Of a DNA stretch of 64,000 bases, positions 28,039-37,736 are shown one piece after another. The notes under the pieces were generated by a model that did no database searches, was not told the origin of the DNA, and worked only from the letters and a program-made list of their open reading frames with translations. The position numbers were made by a program, and so were the translations under genes. Source of the stretch: a bacterium (GTDB taxonomy: Archaea > Thermoplasmatota > E2 > JACPAO01 > JAHFTW01); the NCBI GenBank assembly GCA_040390065.1, contig JAZJZE010000011.1:162367-226366 (forward strand), read 5' to 3'. Each line of letters opens with the position of its first letter. Position 1 is the first letter of the stretch.

Positions 28039-29991
28039 ATGACCACGATGCCCAAGAACGACCCTGACCCAGAGCGCAACCAGACCTTCTTCCGGGCGCT
28101 CAGCCGGCGTCTTCGTGCCCAATCGTCGCAGGCGCGCCAACGCCGCAAGCCCGCCGATGCGTCAGCGTCCGGGAAAGAGGCCGCACGCCTCGACCAGCCC
28201 GGCCCGTCGCCGGATCCGCGCGCGGACGCGCCGGCTGCGCCATTGCGCGCCGCGACGACGCCCGCGGGCGCCGAACTCGGCCAGGGGGCCGCGGGGGTGC
28301 GGGGCGCGGCCGCGCCGGCTGCAGCCGGTCCGGGCAAGGACCGCTCCGCCCCGCGCCAGGCCCGCCAAGTCCGCAGCGAAGCGCCCACCGTCCCGGTTGG
28401 CCGCTTCGATCCACGCCGCGAGCCGGCGGCCGGGCCGCCCGTGGTCGTCATGCCCCCCGTCCCTGCCGGCCACCGGGAAGTGGAATCCACGCCCGTCATC
28501 CCCGAGCGCGCCTGGGTGCGCATCCTCCTGGACGAGAACACGCGGACGTACGTGTACGAAGTCATCGAACCCACGCTCAGCCCCGACGAGCAGGAGATCC
28601 TCGAATTCCTGCGCGACACCCTGACGCGCACGCTCGACGGCCGCAAGGTCACCGTGGGAACGCCATCCGACTGGGCGCAGGTACTGACGGAGGCGACGCG
28701 GCGCGCCATCAAGGAATACGCCATCCGGATCGACCCGGTGGGCGCCCTGCGCGTCGAATACTACCTGGTTCGCGATTTCCTCGGCTACGGCCGCATCGAC
28801 GTCATGATGCGCGACGGCATGCTCGAGGACATCTCGTGCGATGGCCCGAACATCCCGATCTACCTGTTCCACCGCAAGTACGAGTCGCTGCGCACGAACG
28901 TCGTGTTCAACGACGAATTGGAGCTGGACGGGTTCGTGATCCGCTTGGCCCAGCGCTGCGGCAAACACATCAGTGTTGCAGACCCGCTCTTGGACGCGAC
29001 GCTTCCCGACGGTTCACGTCTGCAGACGACCTTGAGCCGTGAGGTGACGACGCGCGGCAGTTCCTTCACGGTGCGCAAGTTCCGCGCCGACCCGATGACG
29101 CCGCCGGACCTGGTGCGTTTCGGCACGATGTCGGCCGAGATGGCTGCCTACTTCTGGTTCGTGATGGAGATGGGCGCCTCGTTCATGATTGCGGGCGGCA
29201 CGGCCTCCGGCAAGACGACGAGCCTCAACGCCATCAGCCAGTTCATCCCGCCGGAGAAGAAGATCGTCTCCATCGAGGACACCCGCGAAATCAACCTGAG
29301 CCACGAGAACTGGATCGCGGGCATCACCCGCAGCGGCTTCGGCGGCGAGATCGTCGGCGGCAAGCTCGCCGGCACCATCGACATGTACAAGCTCCTCGAA
29401 GCCGCCCTGCGGCAGCGCCCGGAGTACTTGCTGGTCGGCGAAGTGCGCGGGCCAGAGGCGCTCACGTTGTTCCAAGCAATGGCGACGGGCCACGCGGTCT
29501 ACTCCACGATGCACGCGGACTCCGTGGCCAGCGCCGTCTACCGGTTGGAGGGCGCTCCCATCAACGTGCCCCGCATGATGCTGCAGACGCTCGACATCAT
29601 CGCCATCCAAGCCCAGGTCCGCATCAAGGACCGCATGACGCGACGCATCCGCGAAGTCACCGAGGTCGTCGGCTTCGACCCTGAGACGAAGGAGCTTCTG
29701 ACGAACAAGGTGTTCGAGTGGGACGTGCGCGAAGACAAGCACCGTTTCCTCGGCAAGTCCTACGTCCTCGAGCAAGTGCGCGAAGCCCGCAACCTGCCAG
29801 AGGAGAAGCTGCAGGAGGAGTTCCGCCGCCGCATCGAGGTGCTCGAGTGGATGATGCGCGAGAACATCCGGCACTATGCCGACGTTGCACGGGCCGTGAG
29901 CGCATACTACCGCGACCCCGAGCACTTCCTCGAGGCCATCCGCAAGGGCAAGGGAGCCCTGCAGGTGGCCGGAGGCGGCCATGGTGCGTAG
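28039..29991 (+). CDS. Type II/IV secretion (pilus assembly) ATPase
   Basis: EDISCDG, GGTASGKTT, IEDTRE, ALRQRPE, GEVRG, TGH-STMHA. Confidence 0.93.
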   Translation: MTTMPKNDPDPERNQTFFRALSRRLRAQSSQARQRRKPADASASGKEAARLDQPGPSPDPRADAPAAPLRAATTPAGAELGQGAAGVRGAAAPAAAGPGKDRSAPRQARQVRSEAPTVPVGRFDPRREPAAGPPVVVMPPVPAGHREVESTPVIPERAWVRILLDENTRTYVYEVIEPTLSPDEQEILEFLRDTLTRTLDGRKVTVGTPSDWAQVLTEATRRAIKEYAIRIDPVGALRVEYYLVRDFLGYGRIDVMMRDGMLEDISCDGPNIPIYLFHRKYESLRTNVVFNDELELDGFVIRLAQRCGKHISVADPLLDATLPDGSRLQTTLSREVTTRGSSFTVRKFRADPMTPPDLVRFGTMSAEMAAYFWFVMEMGASFMIAGGTASGKTTSLNAISQFIPPEKKIVSIEDTREINLSHENWIAGITRSGFGGEIVGGKLAGTIDMYKLLEAALRQRPEYLLVGEVRGPEALTLFQAMATGHAVYSTMHADSVASAVYRLEGAPINVPRMMLQTLDIIAIQAQVRIKDRMTRRIREVTEVVGFDPETKELLTNKVFEWDVREDKHRFLGKSYVLEQVREARNLPEEKLQEEFRRRIEVLEWMMRENIRHYADVARAVSAYYRDPEHFLEAIRKGKGALQVAGGGHGA

Positions 29992-30862
29992 CTTCGAACG
30001 CGTCGCCTACAAGATCTTCGGCCGCCAGGCCCGCGCCGGCACGAAGCGCAATGCCCATCTCGGCACCGCGCTGCAGAAGGCGCACATCCCGGTGCGGCCG
30101 GACGTGTACCTGAGCTCCGCGTACCTGATAGCGGCCCTGGCGGGCATCCTCGCTGCCCTCCCCGTGGTCTTCATCCTGCTTCTGGGCGCAGGTGGCCGCC
30201 TCGCCGTGTCCCCGACGATGATGCTCTTCCTGGTCCCGGCGCCGATCATCATCACGGGCATCGTCTACTTGGTGGCCCTTGTGCTTCCAGACATGCGCGC
30301 CCTCTCACGCGTGCGCAACATCAACGCCAAACTCCCGTACGCCTTGAACTACCTCTCCACCATGGCGGCCGCCGGCGCCACGCCGGAGTCGTTGTTTGCG
30401 ACGCTGGCCGTGCAGCCCATCTACGGCGACGTCTCGGAGGAGGCGGCCTGGATCGTCCGCGACCTACGCGTCCTCGGCCTCGACGTCATCACGGCCCTGC
30501 AGCGCGGCATCGACCGCTCGCCCAGCCCCAAGTTCCAGGACCTCCTGCAAGGGACGGTCACCGCGTTGACGTCGGGCGGCGACCTCAAGACGTACTTTGC
30601 CAACAAGGCCGACCAGTACATCGTGGAGAACCGCCAGGACCAGCGCCGCTTCCTCGACGGCCTAGGGGTGCTTGCCGAGTCCTTCGTGACGGTCGTCGTC
30701 GCAGCGCCGCTCTTCCTCATCGTCATCCTCTCCGTCATGAGCAGCTTCGGCGGCTCGCCCGAGCAGACGCTCTTCCTGGGGTACTCGCTCGTGTTCTTCC
30801 TGATCCCCATCTCGCAACTGGCATTCGCCTGGACGATCAAGGTCATGACTCCGGAGGCCTAG
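29981..30862 (+). CDS. Pilus assembly membrane protein (T2SS F / PilC-TadC)
   Basis: LPYALNY, YGDVSEE, G-D--TAL, SGGDLKTYF. Confidence 0.88.
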   Translation: MVRSFERVAYKIFGRQARAGTKRNAHLGTALQKAHIPVRPDVYLSSAYLIAALAGILAALPVVFILLLGAGGRLAVSPTMMLFLVPAPIIITGIVYLVALVLPDMRALSRVRNINAKLPYALNYLSTMAAAGATPESLFATLAVQPIYGDVSEEAAWIVRDLRVLGLDVITALQRGIDRSPSPKFQDLLQGTVTALTSGGDLKTYFANKADQYIVENRQDQRRFLDGLGVLAESFVTVVVAAPLFLIVILSVMSSFGGSPEQTLFLGYSLVFFLIPISQLAFAWTIKVMTPEA

Positions 30863-30863
30863 G

Positions 30864-32720
30864 ATGGGCCGGGATCCGCTGGCAAAGGCCAGTCGCGCGG
30901 ACGTGCGCGCAGGCTGGCTCACCGCCCTCCTGTTCGCCTCCGCTGTCATCACCGTGGCAAGCGCCGGGCTGGCACTCGGTGTTCCCTCGGGCTACTACGA
31001 CCGCTACGCCGGCGCGCTCCTGGGCCTCGGGCTCGTCATGGCTGCCGCCGGCGCCGTCGCCGCCACGCCCCGACCGACGTCCGGGCTGCTGACGGTCGGG
31101 CAGATTCGCGCCCTGGAAGAGACCACGACCGGCGTCAAGGTCTTCGCTCTCCTGGTCCGCCTCATCGGCCTCGTCGCCGTCGCCATCCTCATCCTGTCCC
31201 TTCTGACCCGGGCGGGCTACCTGCACTCGTTCCTCGACGGCGTGCCGCTGCGGCGCGGTGTCTTCCTGCTCGTCATCGTGCTGGCGGGTTCACTCGCGTA
31301 TGTCCAGACGCGCACACTGCGCCGGCCTGTCGATCACGTGCCCAACATGGCAGCGCGCACCGTGCAGACCCTGGCGCTGGCCCTCATGGTTGCACTCACC
31401 GCCGTCGGCGTCTGGCTCGCCGTCCGCGTGGAGGCCGCCGACGTCGTGGCCTTCGGCATCACGGGCTCGGACTTCCCCTACTTCATCCTGGCCGCCGAAG
31501 TCGCGTGCGCCATCTCACTTGCGGCATCACGGGCCCTGCCGAGCATCGCCTCCCTCGTGGGCTCCGACCAACGCGCCGGCGCCCACGGCCGCACCGGGAA
31601 AGGCACACTCGTCTTCCTGCCCGTCGTGCTGGCGTTCTTCCTCGTCTTCCTCGTCGTCCTGCTGATCGTCATCTTTGGCGTGGGTTTCGCCGGGGCGATG
31701 CGTGAAGTCGCCGACAGCCCCTACCTCCTGCTTGCGCTCCTCTTCCTGGTCGGCGCCTTCGGAGTGAGTCTCATGGCCGCGTTCCGGCTGTCGCGCGCCG
31801 AGGCCAAGGCGGCACCCCTGTACAAGAAGCTGGTCGACGCCAAGAAACGCCGCGAGCGCATCCTCATTGCAGCGTCCATCATCGGCGCCGTTGCCCTCTT
31901 CATCCCGGCCTTCCTGCTGTTCAAGGGCAGCGCGTTCCTCGGGTTCGCCACCGACGCATGGATCCATTTCCTGTGCCTTGGCCTGCTCGTGCTTCTGGGG
32001 CCCTACGGCTTCTACACGGCCGCCGAGAGCCGGCGCGTCCGCCTGCTCGAAGAGCGCTTCCCGGACTTCCTTCGCGACGTCGCATCCAGCCACAAAGGCG
32101 GCCTGACGCTCGCGCAGTCGGTCGCCGTCGCAGCCCGCGGCGAATATGGGCCGCTCAGCCCCGAAGTGCAACGCATGGCCGACCAGCTCTCCTGGAACGT
32201 GCCGTTCAACGAGGCCCTCGAGCGCTTCAGCGGCCGCGTCCAGACGCCGCTCGTGCAACGCGCCGTGAGCCTCATCCTCGAAGCCAACCGGTCTGGCGGC
32301 GCGACGACGGACGTCCTGCTTGCCGCGGCCCGCGACGCCCGCGAGATCAAGTTCCTCGAGCAGGACCGTCGCATCAACATGAGCCTGTACACGGTCGTCA
32401 TCTACGTGACGTTCTTCGTGTTCCTCGGCGTCACGGCCGTCCTGTACGCGCAGTTCGTGCCCCAACTCGTGCAATCCAGCAACGCCGCGGCAAAACTGGC
32501 GCAGTCGAGCTCGGGGGGCTCCATCACGGGGATCACGAGCGGCACCCTGGACCTGAAGGACTTCCAGTTGTTCTACTTCATGGCCGCCATCATGCAGGGT
32601 CTCGGCGACGGCATCGTGGCGGGCATGATGGGCTCGGGCAAGCCCGGCCTCGGCCTCAGGCACTCCTTCATCATGGTCGCCCTGAGCTACGTCACCTTCG
32701 TCTTCGTCATCCGCGCGTAA
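30864..32720 (+). CDS. Second T2SS F / PilC protein with long multi-TM N-terminal extension
   Basis: FPDFLRD, GEYGPL, SGG--DVL in C-terminal half. Confidence 0.85.
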   Translation: MGRDPLAKASRADVRAGWLTALLFASAVITVASAGLALGVPSGYYDRYAGALLGLGLVMAAAGAVAATPRPTSGLLTVGQIRALEETTTGVKVFALLVRLIGLVAVAILILSLLTRAGYLHSFLDGVPLRRGVFLLVIVLAGSLAYVQTRTLRRPVDHVPNMAARTVQTLALALMVALTAVGVWLAVRVEAADVVAFGITGSDFPYFILAAEVACAISLAASRALPSIASLVGSDQRAGAHGRTGKGTLVFLPVVLAFFLVFLVVLLIVIFGVGFAGAMREVADSPYLLLALLFLVGAFGVSLMAAFRLSRAEAKAAPLYKKLVDAKKRRERILIAASIIGAVALFIPAFLLFKGSAFLGFATDAWIHFLCLGLLVLLGPYGFYTAAESRRVRLLEERFPDFLRDVASSHKGGLTLAQSVAVAARGEYGPLSPEVQRMADQLSWNVPFNEALERFSGRVQTPLVQRAVSLILEANRSGGATTDVLLAAARDAREIKFLEQDRRINMSLYTVVIYVTFFVFLGVTAVLYAQFVPQLVQSSNAAAKLAQSSSGGSITGITSGTLDLKDFQLFYFMAAIMQGLGDGIVAGMMGSGKPGLGLRHSFIMVALSYVTFVFVIRA

Positions 32721-32739
32721 GGTGCGACCATGCAAACGC

Positions 32740-32747
32740 CTTAAGAA
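32740..32747 (+). promoter_or_regulatory. Putative TATA box for the tRNA-Glu locus
   Basis: cttaagaa in a GC-rich context, ~25-30 nt before the 57-bp array. Confidence 0.4.
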
Positions 32748-32769
32748 CGGCCCCAAAGTCGCCGCTTCC

Positions 32770-32940
32770 GTGCCCAAGGCCCTCGTGGGTCTCGGGCCCT
32801 CCGTCTGGCCTCGCGGCTGGACATCGGTGCCCAAGGCCCTCGTGGGTCTCGGGCCCTCCGTCTGGCCTCGCGGCTGGACATCGGTGCCCAAGGCCCTCAC
32901 GGGTCTCGGGCCCTCCGTCTGGCCTAACGGCCAGACATCG
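32770..32940. repeat. 3 x 57-bp tandem repeat abutting tRNA-Glu 5' end
   Basis: Units 32770-32826, 32827-32883 (identical) and 32884-32940 (variant). Confidence 0.95.
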
Positions 32941-33013
32941 GGTCCTGTAGTGTAGCGGCCAATCATGGTGCCCTCTCACGGCACCGACCCGGGTTCAAAT
33001 CCCGGCGGGACCA
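32941..33013 (+). tRNA. tRNA-Glu(CTC)
   Basis: Acceptor GGTCCTG/CGGGACC, anticodon arm GTGCC-CTCTCAC-GGCAC, T arm CCGGG-TTCAAAT-CCCGG. Confidence 0.95.
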
Positions 33014-33127
33014 TTGCAGTGGCGCGAAGCGACCTGCCGATGGCCCGACGGGTTTGAGGCGCCGGCCCATGGCCGCGCCGGACCGGGCGGCCCGCAAGGG
33101 CAGCGCGGGCAAATCCCGGCGGGACCA
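33014..33127 (+). repeat. tRNA-Glu 3'-anchored module (antisense plus direct copy of tRNA 3' end)
   Basis: caaatcccggcgggacca at 32996-33013 repeated at 33110-33127; antisense-like tggcccgacgggtttga at 33041-33057. Confidence 0.85.
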
Positions 33128-33143
33128 CTCGGAAACAAGAAGC

Positions 33144-33431
33144 GAGCGAAGCGATGCTTCGTTTTCGAGTGGCCGAGCGCCGAAGGCGCGAGGTATGCCC
33201 GCGGTTGCGCCTAAGCGCGACCGTGGGCTCCAACAAGTCGCCCGCAGGCGACTTGGGGACTTGGCTGAAGAGCGAAGCGATGCTTCGTTTTCGAGTGGCC
33301 GAGGCGCGCCGCAGGCGTCGCCGAGGAATGCCCGCGGCCGTCGTCAGACGGCCGTGGGCTCCAACAAGTCGCCCGCAGGCGACTTGGGGAGTTGGCTGGC
33401 GAGCGAAGCGATGCTTCGTTTTCGAGTGGCC
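33144..33431. repeat. Structured tandem array, period 126/131 bp
   Basis: 31-mer gagcgaagcgatgcttcgttttcgagtggcc at 33144, 33270 and 33401, with homologous hairpin-rich intervals. Confidence 0.92.
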
Positions 33432-33850
33432 TAGCGCGTCTGGACCGTTTGCCTCGTGAGGCGTTCCAGGATGGGCGCCGCGGTCTCGGGGTCGTCGACG
33501 CGCAGGTAGATCTGCCCGCTGCCACCGGCTGCGCTGCCGAAGCAGGAGACGATGTTGACGTTCGCCTTGCCGAGGGCCTCGCCGATGCGGGCCAGTTCTC
33601 CTGGCTGGTTTGGCACGTGCAGTTCGAAGCACTCGACGGTCTCCGGCTCGTACCCGGCGTCGGACAAGACTCGGACTGCCTTCTCGGGGCTGGACGTGCG
33701 CAGACGGATGCCGCTTGCTTCCGTGGCGAACGCTTCGATGTTGATGCCCTGGTCGTAGAGTACGCGGGCGGCGGCGCCGAGGGTGCCGGGCTCGTCGGGG
33801 GCGTTGGTCGATCCGCTGGGCAGGGTGACGAATTTGGTTGTGGTTGTCAT
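33431..33850 (-). CDS. Tandem ACT domain protein
   Basis: DEPGTL...GINIEAF and NQPGELARI...NVNI. Confidence 0.88.
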   Translation of the reverse strand: MTTTTKFVTLPSGSTNAPDEPGTLGAAARVLYDQGINIEAFATEASGIRLRTSSPEKAVRVLSDAGYEPETVECFELHVPNQPGELARIGEALGKANVNIVSCFGSAAGGSGQIYLRVDDPETAAPILERLTRQTVQTR

Positions 33851-33984
33851 GGTGTGTCCTCCCGGACACGAGGCGAAGAGGGTGACGTTGGAACGTGTTG
33901 CGCTGGCGGCAATGCCAGAGCCCGCGCCTGGGGGTTGACCGGTTCAGGAAACGCACGCCGGCGCGTTGTGTCCCGGCCTGGGCA

Positions 33985-36900
33985 TCACTTTGCGGCGACC
34001 CGGCGAGCACGTGCCGGGCGGCTGGCGGCTGGCGCGCCTTCCGCCATCTTGGCCTTCTGCGACAGGATGGGCTTGAGGAATTCGCCGGTGTAGCTCGCGG
34101 CGACTTGGGTGATCTCCTCGGGCGTGCCCTCGGCGATGACCTGGCCGCCGGCGTCGCCGCCTTCGGGGCCGAGGTCGATGACCCAGTCGGCGCACTTCAC
34201 GACGTCGAGGTTGTGCTCGATGACCACGACCGTGTTGCCCTGCTCGACGAGGCGCTGCAGAACGCCAAGCAGGTGTTTCGTGTCGTGCACGTGCAGGCCC
34301 GTCGTGGGCTCGTCGAGGATGTAGAGCGTGCGCCCGGTGCCGCGGCGAGAGAGTTCGGTGGCAAGCTTGACGCGTTGCGCCTCTCCGCCGGACAACTGTG
34401 TGGCGGGCTGTCCCAGGCGGATGTAGCCGAGGCCAACGTCGTTGATGGTGGCGAGCTTGTTGCGGATCTGCGGGATGTTCTCGAAGAAGCCGAGCGCCTC
34501 CTCGACGGAGAGGTCGAGGACTTCGCGGATGTTCTTGCCCTTGTACTTGACTTGCAGCGTCTCCTTGTTGTAGCGCGCCCCCTTGCACACTTCGCAGGGC
34601 ACGTAGACGTCGGGGAGGAAGTGCATCTCGATCTTGACGACGCCGTCCCCTTCGCACGACTCGCAGCGGCCGCCCTTGACGTTGAAGCTGAAGCGGCCGG
34701 TCTTGTAGCCGCGTGCCTTGGCGTCGCCAGTCATGGCGAACAGGTCGCGAATCGGTGTCCACACGCCCGTGTAGGTGGCGGGGTTGCTGCGCGGTGTGCG
34801 GCCGATGGGGGACTGGTCGATGTCGATGACCTTGTCGACGTTGGCGAGTCCATCGATGCGGACGTGCTTGCCGGGCCGCTCGCCGCCCATGAGACCGAGT
34901 TGGCGCAGCGCAGCCTTGTAGAGCGTCTCGTTGATGAGCGTCGACTTGCCCGAGCCCGACACTCCCGTCACTGCGACGAAGAGGCCGAGCGGGATGTCGA
35001 CGTTGACTTTCTTGAGATTGTTCTCCTCGGCGCCGACGATGCGGATGCTATGCATGCCGCGTTCCCTGCGGGATGGCGGGATGGGGACCTGCAGCTTGCC
35101 CGCAAGGTACTGGCCGGTCAGCGACTTGGGGTTGCGAGCGACGTCGGCTGGCGTCCCCGAGGCGAGGAGGTAGCCGCCGTGCTCGCCTGCGCCGGGCCCG
35201 AGGTCGATGAGCCAATCCGCCGCGCGCATCGTGTCCTCGTCATGCTCGACGACGAGGACGGTGTTGTCGAGGTCGCGAAGGCGGCGCAGCGTGGCAAGGA
35301 GGCGGTGGTTGTCGCGCTGGTGCAGGCCGATGGAGGGCTCGTCGAGGACGTACAGGACGCCTTGCAGGCCGGAGCCGATCTGCGACGCGAGGCGAATGCG
35401 TTGCGACTCGCCACCGGACAACGTGCCCGACGCGCGGTCGAGGTCGAGGTAGTTGAGGCCAACATCGTCGAGGAAGCGCAGGCGTTCCACGATTTCCTTC
35501 AGGATCTCCTTGGCGACCTTGTTTTCGCGTTCGCCGAGATGCGTGGGCAGATCGCGGAACCAGGCAAGCCCATGGTTGACCGCGAGGCGCGTGGATTCGA
35601 TGATGTTCTTGCCGTTCACCTTCACGGCGAGGACTTCGGGCTTGAGCCTCCAGCCACGGCAGGCGCCACACGGTCGCTCGGACATGAATTCCGCGATGCG
35701 CTCCTTGGCGCGCTCCGACTCGGATTCCCGCAGCAGCCGCTGCATGCGCACCGACAGGCCTTCCCACTTCGATTCGCCCCCCCAACGAGTGGCGATTCCT
35801 TCGGGGCTGCCGAACAGGACGACTTCCTTGTGCGCCTCGGGCAAGGATTTCCACGGCACGTCGATGGAGACCCCCAGTTCTTCGCAGACGTGGGCGAGCC
35901 AGCGGCCCATCCATGACCGCATGATGAAGACGTCCGAGTGGAAGGCGCCCTGCCGGATGGACTTCGACTTGTCCTTGATGATCTTGTCCTCGTCGGGCTG
36001 CATCGAGAACCCGAGGCCGGAACATGTCGCGCAGGCGCCGTGCGGAGCGTTGAAACTGAAGATGCGTGGCGTCAGTTCGGCGAGGACGGAGCCGTGGTCG
36101 GGGCAGCCGAAGGCTTCCGAGTAGAGTTGCTCGCTCGGCTTTTGGCTTGGGTCGCGTGACGCACCCGTGCCTTCCGTCCAGACGGTCGCGAGGCCTTCCG
36201 CGGCTTTCATGGCGGTCTCGATGGCGTCGGAGAGGCGGCCTTCGAAGGCGGCGGCCTCGTCGCCCTTCTTCACCACGAGGCGGTCGACGACGACGTCGAT
36301 GGAGTGCTTGTACGTCTTCTCCAGCTTCCACGCGTCGCCGATCTCGCCGAACTTACCGTCGACGCGGACCCGGCTGAAGCCTTGCGCCTGCAGGTCCTTG
36401 AGGAGGCGCTGGAATTCGCCCTTGCGGTCGCGCACGACGGGGGCGAGGACCTGGACCTTCGTGCCGTCGGCAAGGCGCTTGGTCTCCTCGACGATTTGGT
36501 CCACCGACATCTTGCCGATGCCGCGGCCGCACTTCGGGCAATGCGGGACGCCGATGTGGGCCCACAGCAGGCGCAGGTAGTCGTAGATCTCCGTTGTCGT
36601 GCCCACGGTGGAGCGCGGGTTCTTCGAGGTGGTCTTCTGGTCGATCGAGATGGCGGGGGACAGGCCTTCGATGTGGTCGACCTCGGGCTTCTTCATCTGG
36701 CCCAGGAACTGGCGAGCGTAGGCGGAGAGGGATTCGACGTAGCGCCGCTGGCCTTCGGCGTAGATGGTGTCGAAGGCGAGACTGGACTTGCCGCTGCCGG
36801 ACAGGCCGGTCACGACGACGAGTTTGTTGCGCGGGATCTCGACGTCGATGCCCTTGAGGTTATGCTCGCGTGCACCCCTCACAATGATAGAGCCGGTCAT
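33985..36900 (-). CDS. uvrA: Excinuclease ABC subunit A
   Basis: [31 protein letters not shown], two ABC domains, zinc fingers. Confidence 0.98.
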   Translation of the reverse strand: MTGSIIVRGAREHNLKGIDVEIPRNKLVVVTGLSGSGKSSLAFDTIYAEGQRRYVESLSAYARQFLGQMKKPEVDHIEGLSPAISIDQKTTSKNPRSTVGTTTEIYDYLRLLWAHIGVPHCPKCGRGIGKMSVDQIVEETKRLADGTKVQVLAPVVRDRKGEFQRLLKDLQAQGFSRVRVDGKFGEIGDAWKLEKTYKHSIDVVVDRLVVKKGDEAAAFEGRLSDAIETAMKAAEGLATVWTEGTGASRDPSQKPSEQLYSEAFGCPDHGSVLAELTPRIFSFNAPHGACATCSGLGFSMQPDEDKIIKDKSKSIRQGAFHSDVFIMRSWMGRWLAHVCEELGVSIDVPWKSLPEAHKEVVLFGSPEGIATRWGGESKWEGLSVRMQRLLRESESERAKERIAEFMSERPCGACRGWRLKPEVLAVKVNGKNIIESTRLAVNHGLAWFRDLPTHLGERENKVAKEILKEIVERLRFLDDVGLNYLDLDRASGTLSGGESQRIRLASQIGSGLQGVLYVLDEPSIGLHQRDNHRLLATLRRLRDLDNTVLVVEHDEDTMRAADWLIDLGPGAGEHGGYLLASGTPADVARNPKSLTGQYLAGKLQVPIPPSRRERGMHSIRIVGAEENNLKKVNVDIPLGLFVAVTGVSGSGKSTLINETLYKAALRQLGLMGGERPGKHVRIDGLANVDKVIDIDQSPIGRTPRSNPATYTGVWTPIRDLFAMTGDAKARGYKTGRFSFNVKGGRCESCEGDGVVKIEMHFLPDVYVPCEVCKGARYNKETLQVKYKGKNIREVLDLSVEEALGFFENIPQIRNKLATINDVGLGYIRLGQPATQLSGGEAQRVKLATELSRRGTGRTLYILDEPTTGLHVHDTKHLLGVLQRLVEQGNTVVVIEHNLDVVKCADWVIDLGPEGGDAGGQVIAEGTPEEITQVAASYTGEFLKPILSQKAKMAEGAPAASRPARARRVAAK

Positions 36901-36998
36901 TGACTTGTTTCACTCGACTCCAAGGAGGCGTTTAGGGGTTTGGGAGGGGGTGAGTGAAGACGAGGCCGCCCCGGCGGCCGGGGCGTGCCGGCGGGCGC

Positions 36999-37628
36999 TC
37001 AGACTTTCCCCAGGATATGCCCCATCTTGCCCTTCTTCGTCTCGAGGTAGCCTCGGTTGACGTCGTTGGGCGCAATCTCGAGGGGGATGCGTTCGGCGCA
37101 GTCGAAGCCGAGTTCGCGCATGGCCTCGACTTTGTGGGGATTGTTGGTGAGGAGGCGGATTTTCTTGACGCCGAGGTCGTCGAGGATGTCCTTTGCCGCC
37201 TCGTAGGTGCGGGCGTCCACCGGGTGGCCGAGCTGAAGATTGGCCTCCACAGTGTCGAGGCCCTGTTCCTGCAATTCGTAGGCGAGGATCTTGTTGGTGA
37301 GGCCGATGTCGCGGCCTTCCTGGCGCAGGTACAGCACCAGGCCTCGCCCCGCGCGTTCGATGATGCGAAGAGATTCCTGCAGTTGCGCGCCGCAGTCGCA
37401 GCGCTGCGACCCGAAGATGTCGCCGGTCAGGCATTCGCTGTGGATGCGCACCAGGACAGGAGTGTTGCCGCCGACGTTTCCCTTCACGATGGCCGCATGC
37501 TCCTTTCCGGTGAGGACCTCGCGGTAGACGTGGATGCGGAAGGCGCCGTACTTGGTGGGCAGGTCGGCGCCGGCTGCGTGCACCGCGGCCTGGCGAACCT
37601 TGGGGGCCTTCACGACTTTCGCGCTCAT
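36999..37628 (-). CDS. ribA: GTP cyclohydrolase II
   Basis: [26 protein letters not shown]. Confidence 0.95.
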   Translation of the reverse strand: MSAKVVKAPKVRQAAVHAAGADLPTKYGAFRIHVYREVLTGKEHAAIVKGNVGGNTPVLVRIHSECLTGDIFGSQRCDCGAQLQESLRIIERAGRGLVLYLRQEGRDIGLTNKILAYELQEQGLDTVEANLQLGHPVDARTYEAAKDILDDLGVKKIRLLTNNPHKVEAMRELGFDCAERIPLEIAPNDVNRGYLETKKGKMGHILGKV

Positions 37629-37736
37629 CGTGGGCAATCGATGTCCCTGGCCGTTAAACCCATTGGGGTCGGCGCAAGAACCAGCGGCCCGTCGCGCGCC
37701 GCAACGCTGTTTTACTGCCCAAACGTGGGCCTCGCG

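Noticed and set aside
32996-33127. Provirus or genomic island bounded by tRNA att duplication
   Set aside because: Only 114 bp between the direct repeats and no integrase nearby; recorded as a mini-module instead
33144-33431. CRISPR array (31-bp repeat x3)
   Set aside because: Intervals are 95-100 bp, homologous to each other and hairpin-rich; no cas genes in the window
32707-33525. Short ORFs over the repeat arrays (e.g. 32722-32955, 33154-33459)
   Set aside because: They are translations of repeats, some overlap the tRNA, and none has a protein motif
33985-37628. Bacterial-type uvrA and ribA as a recent horizontal island
   Set aside because: Both occur in several archaeal lineages; composition matches flanks and no mobility genes are present
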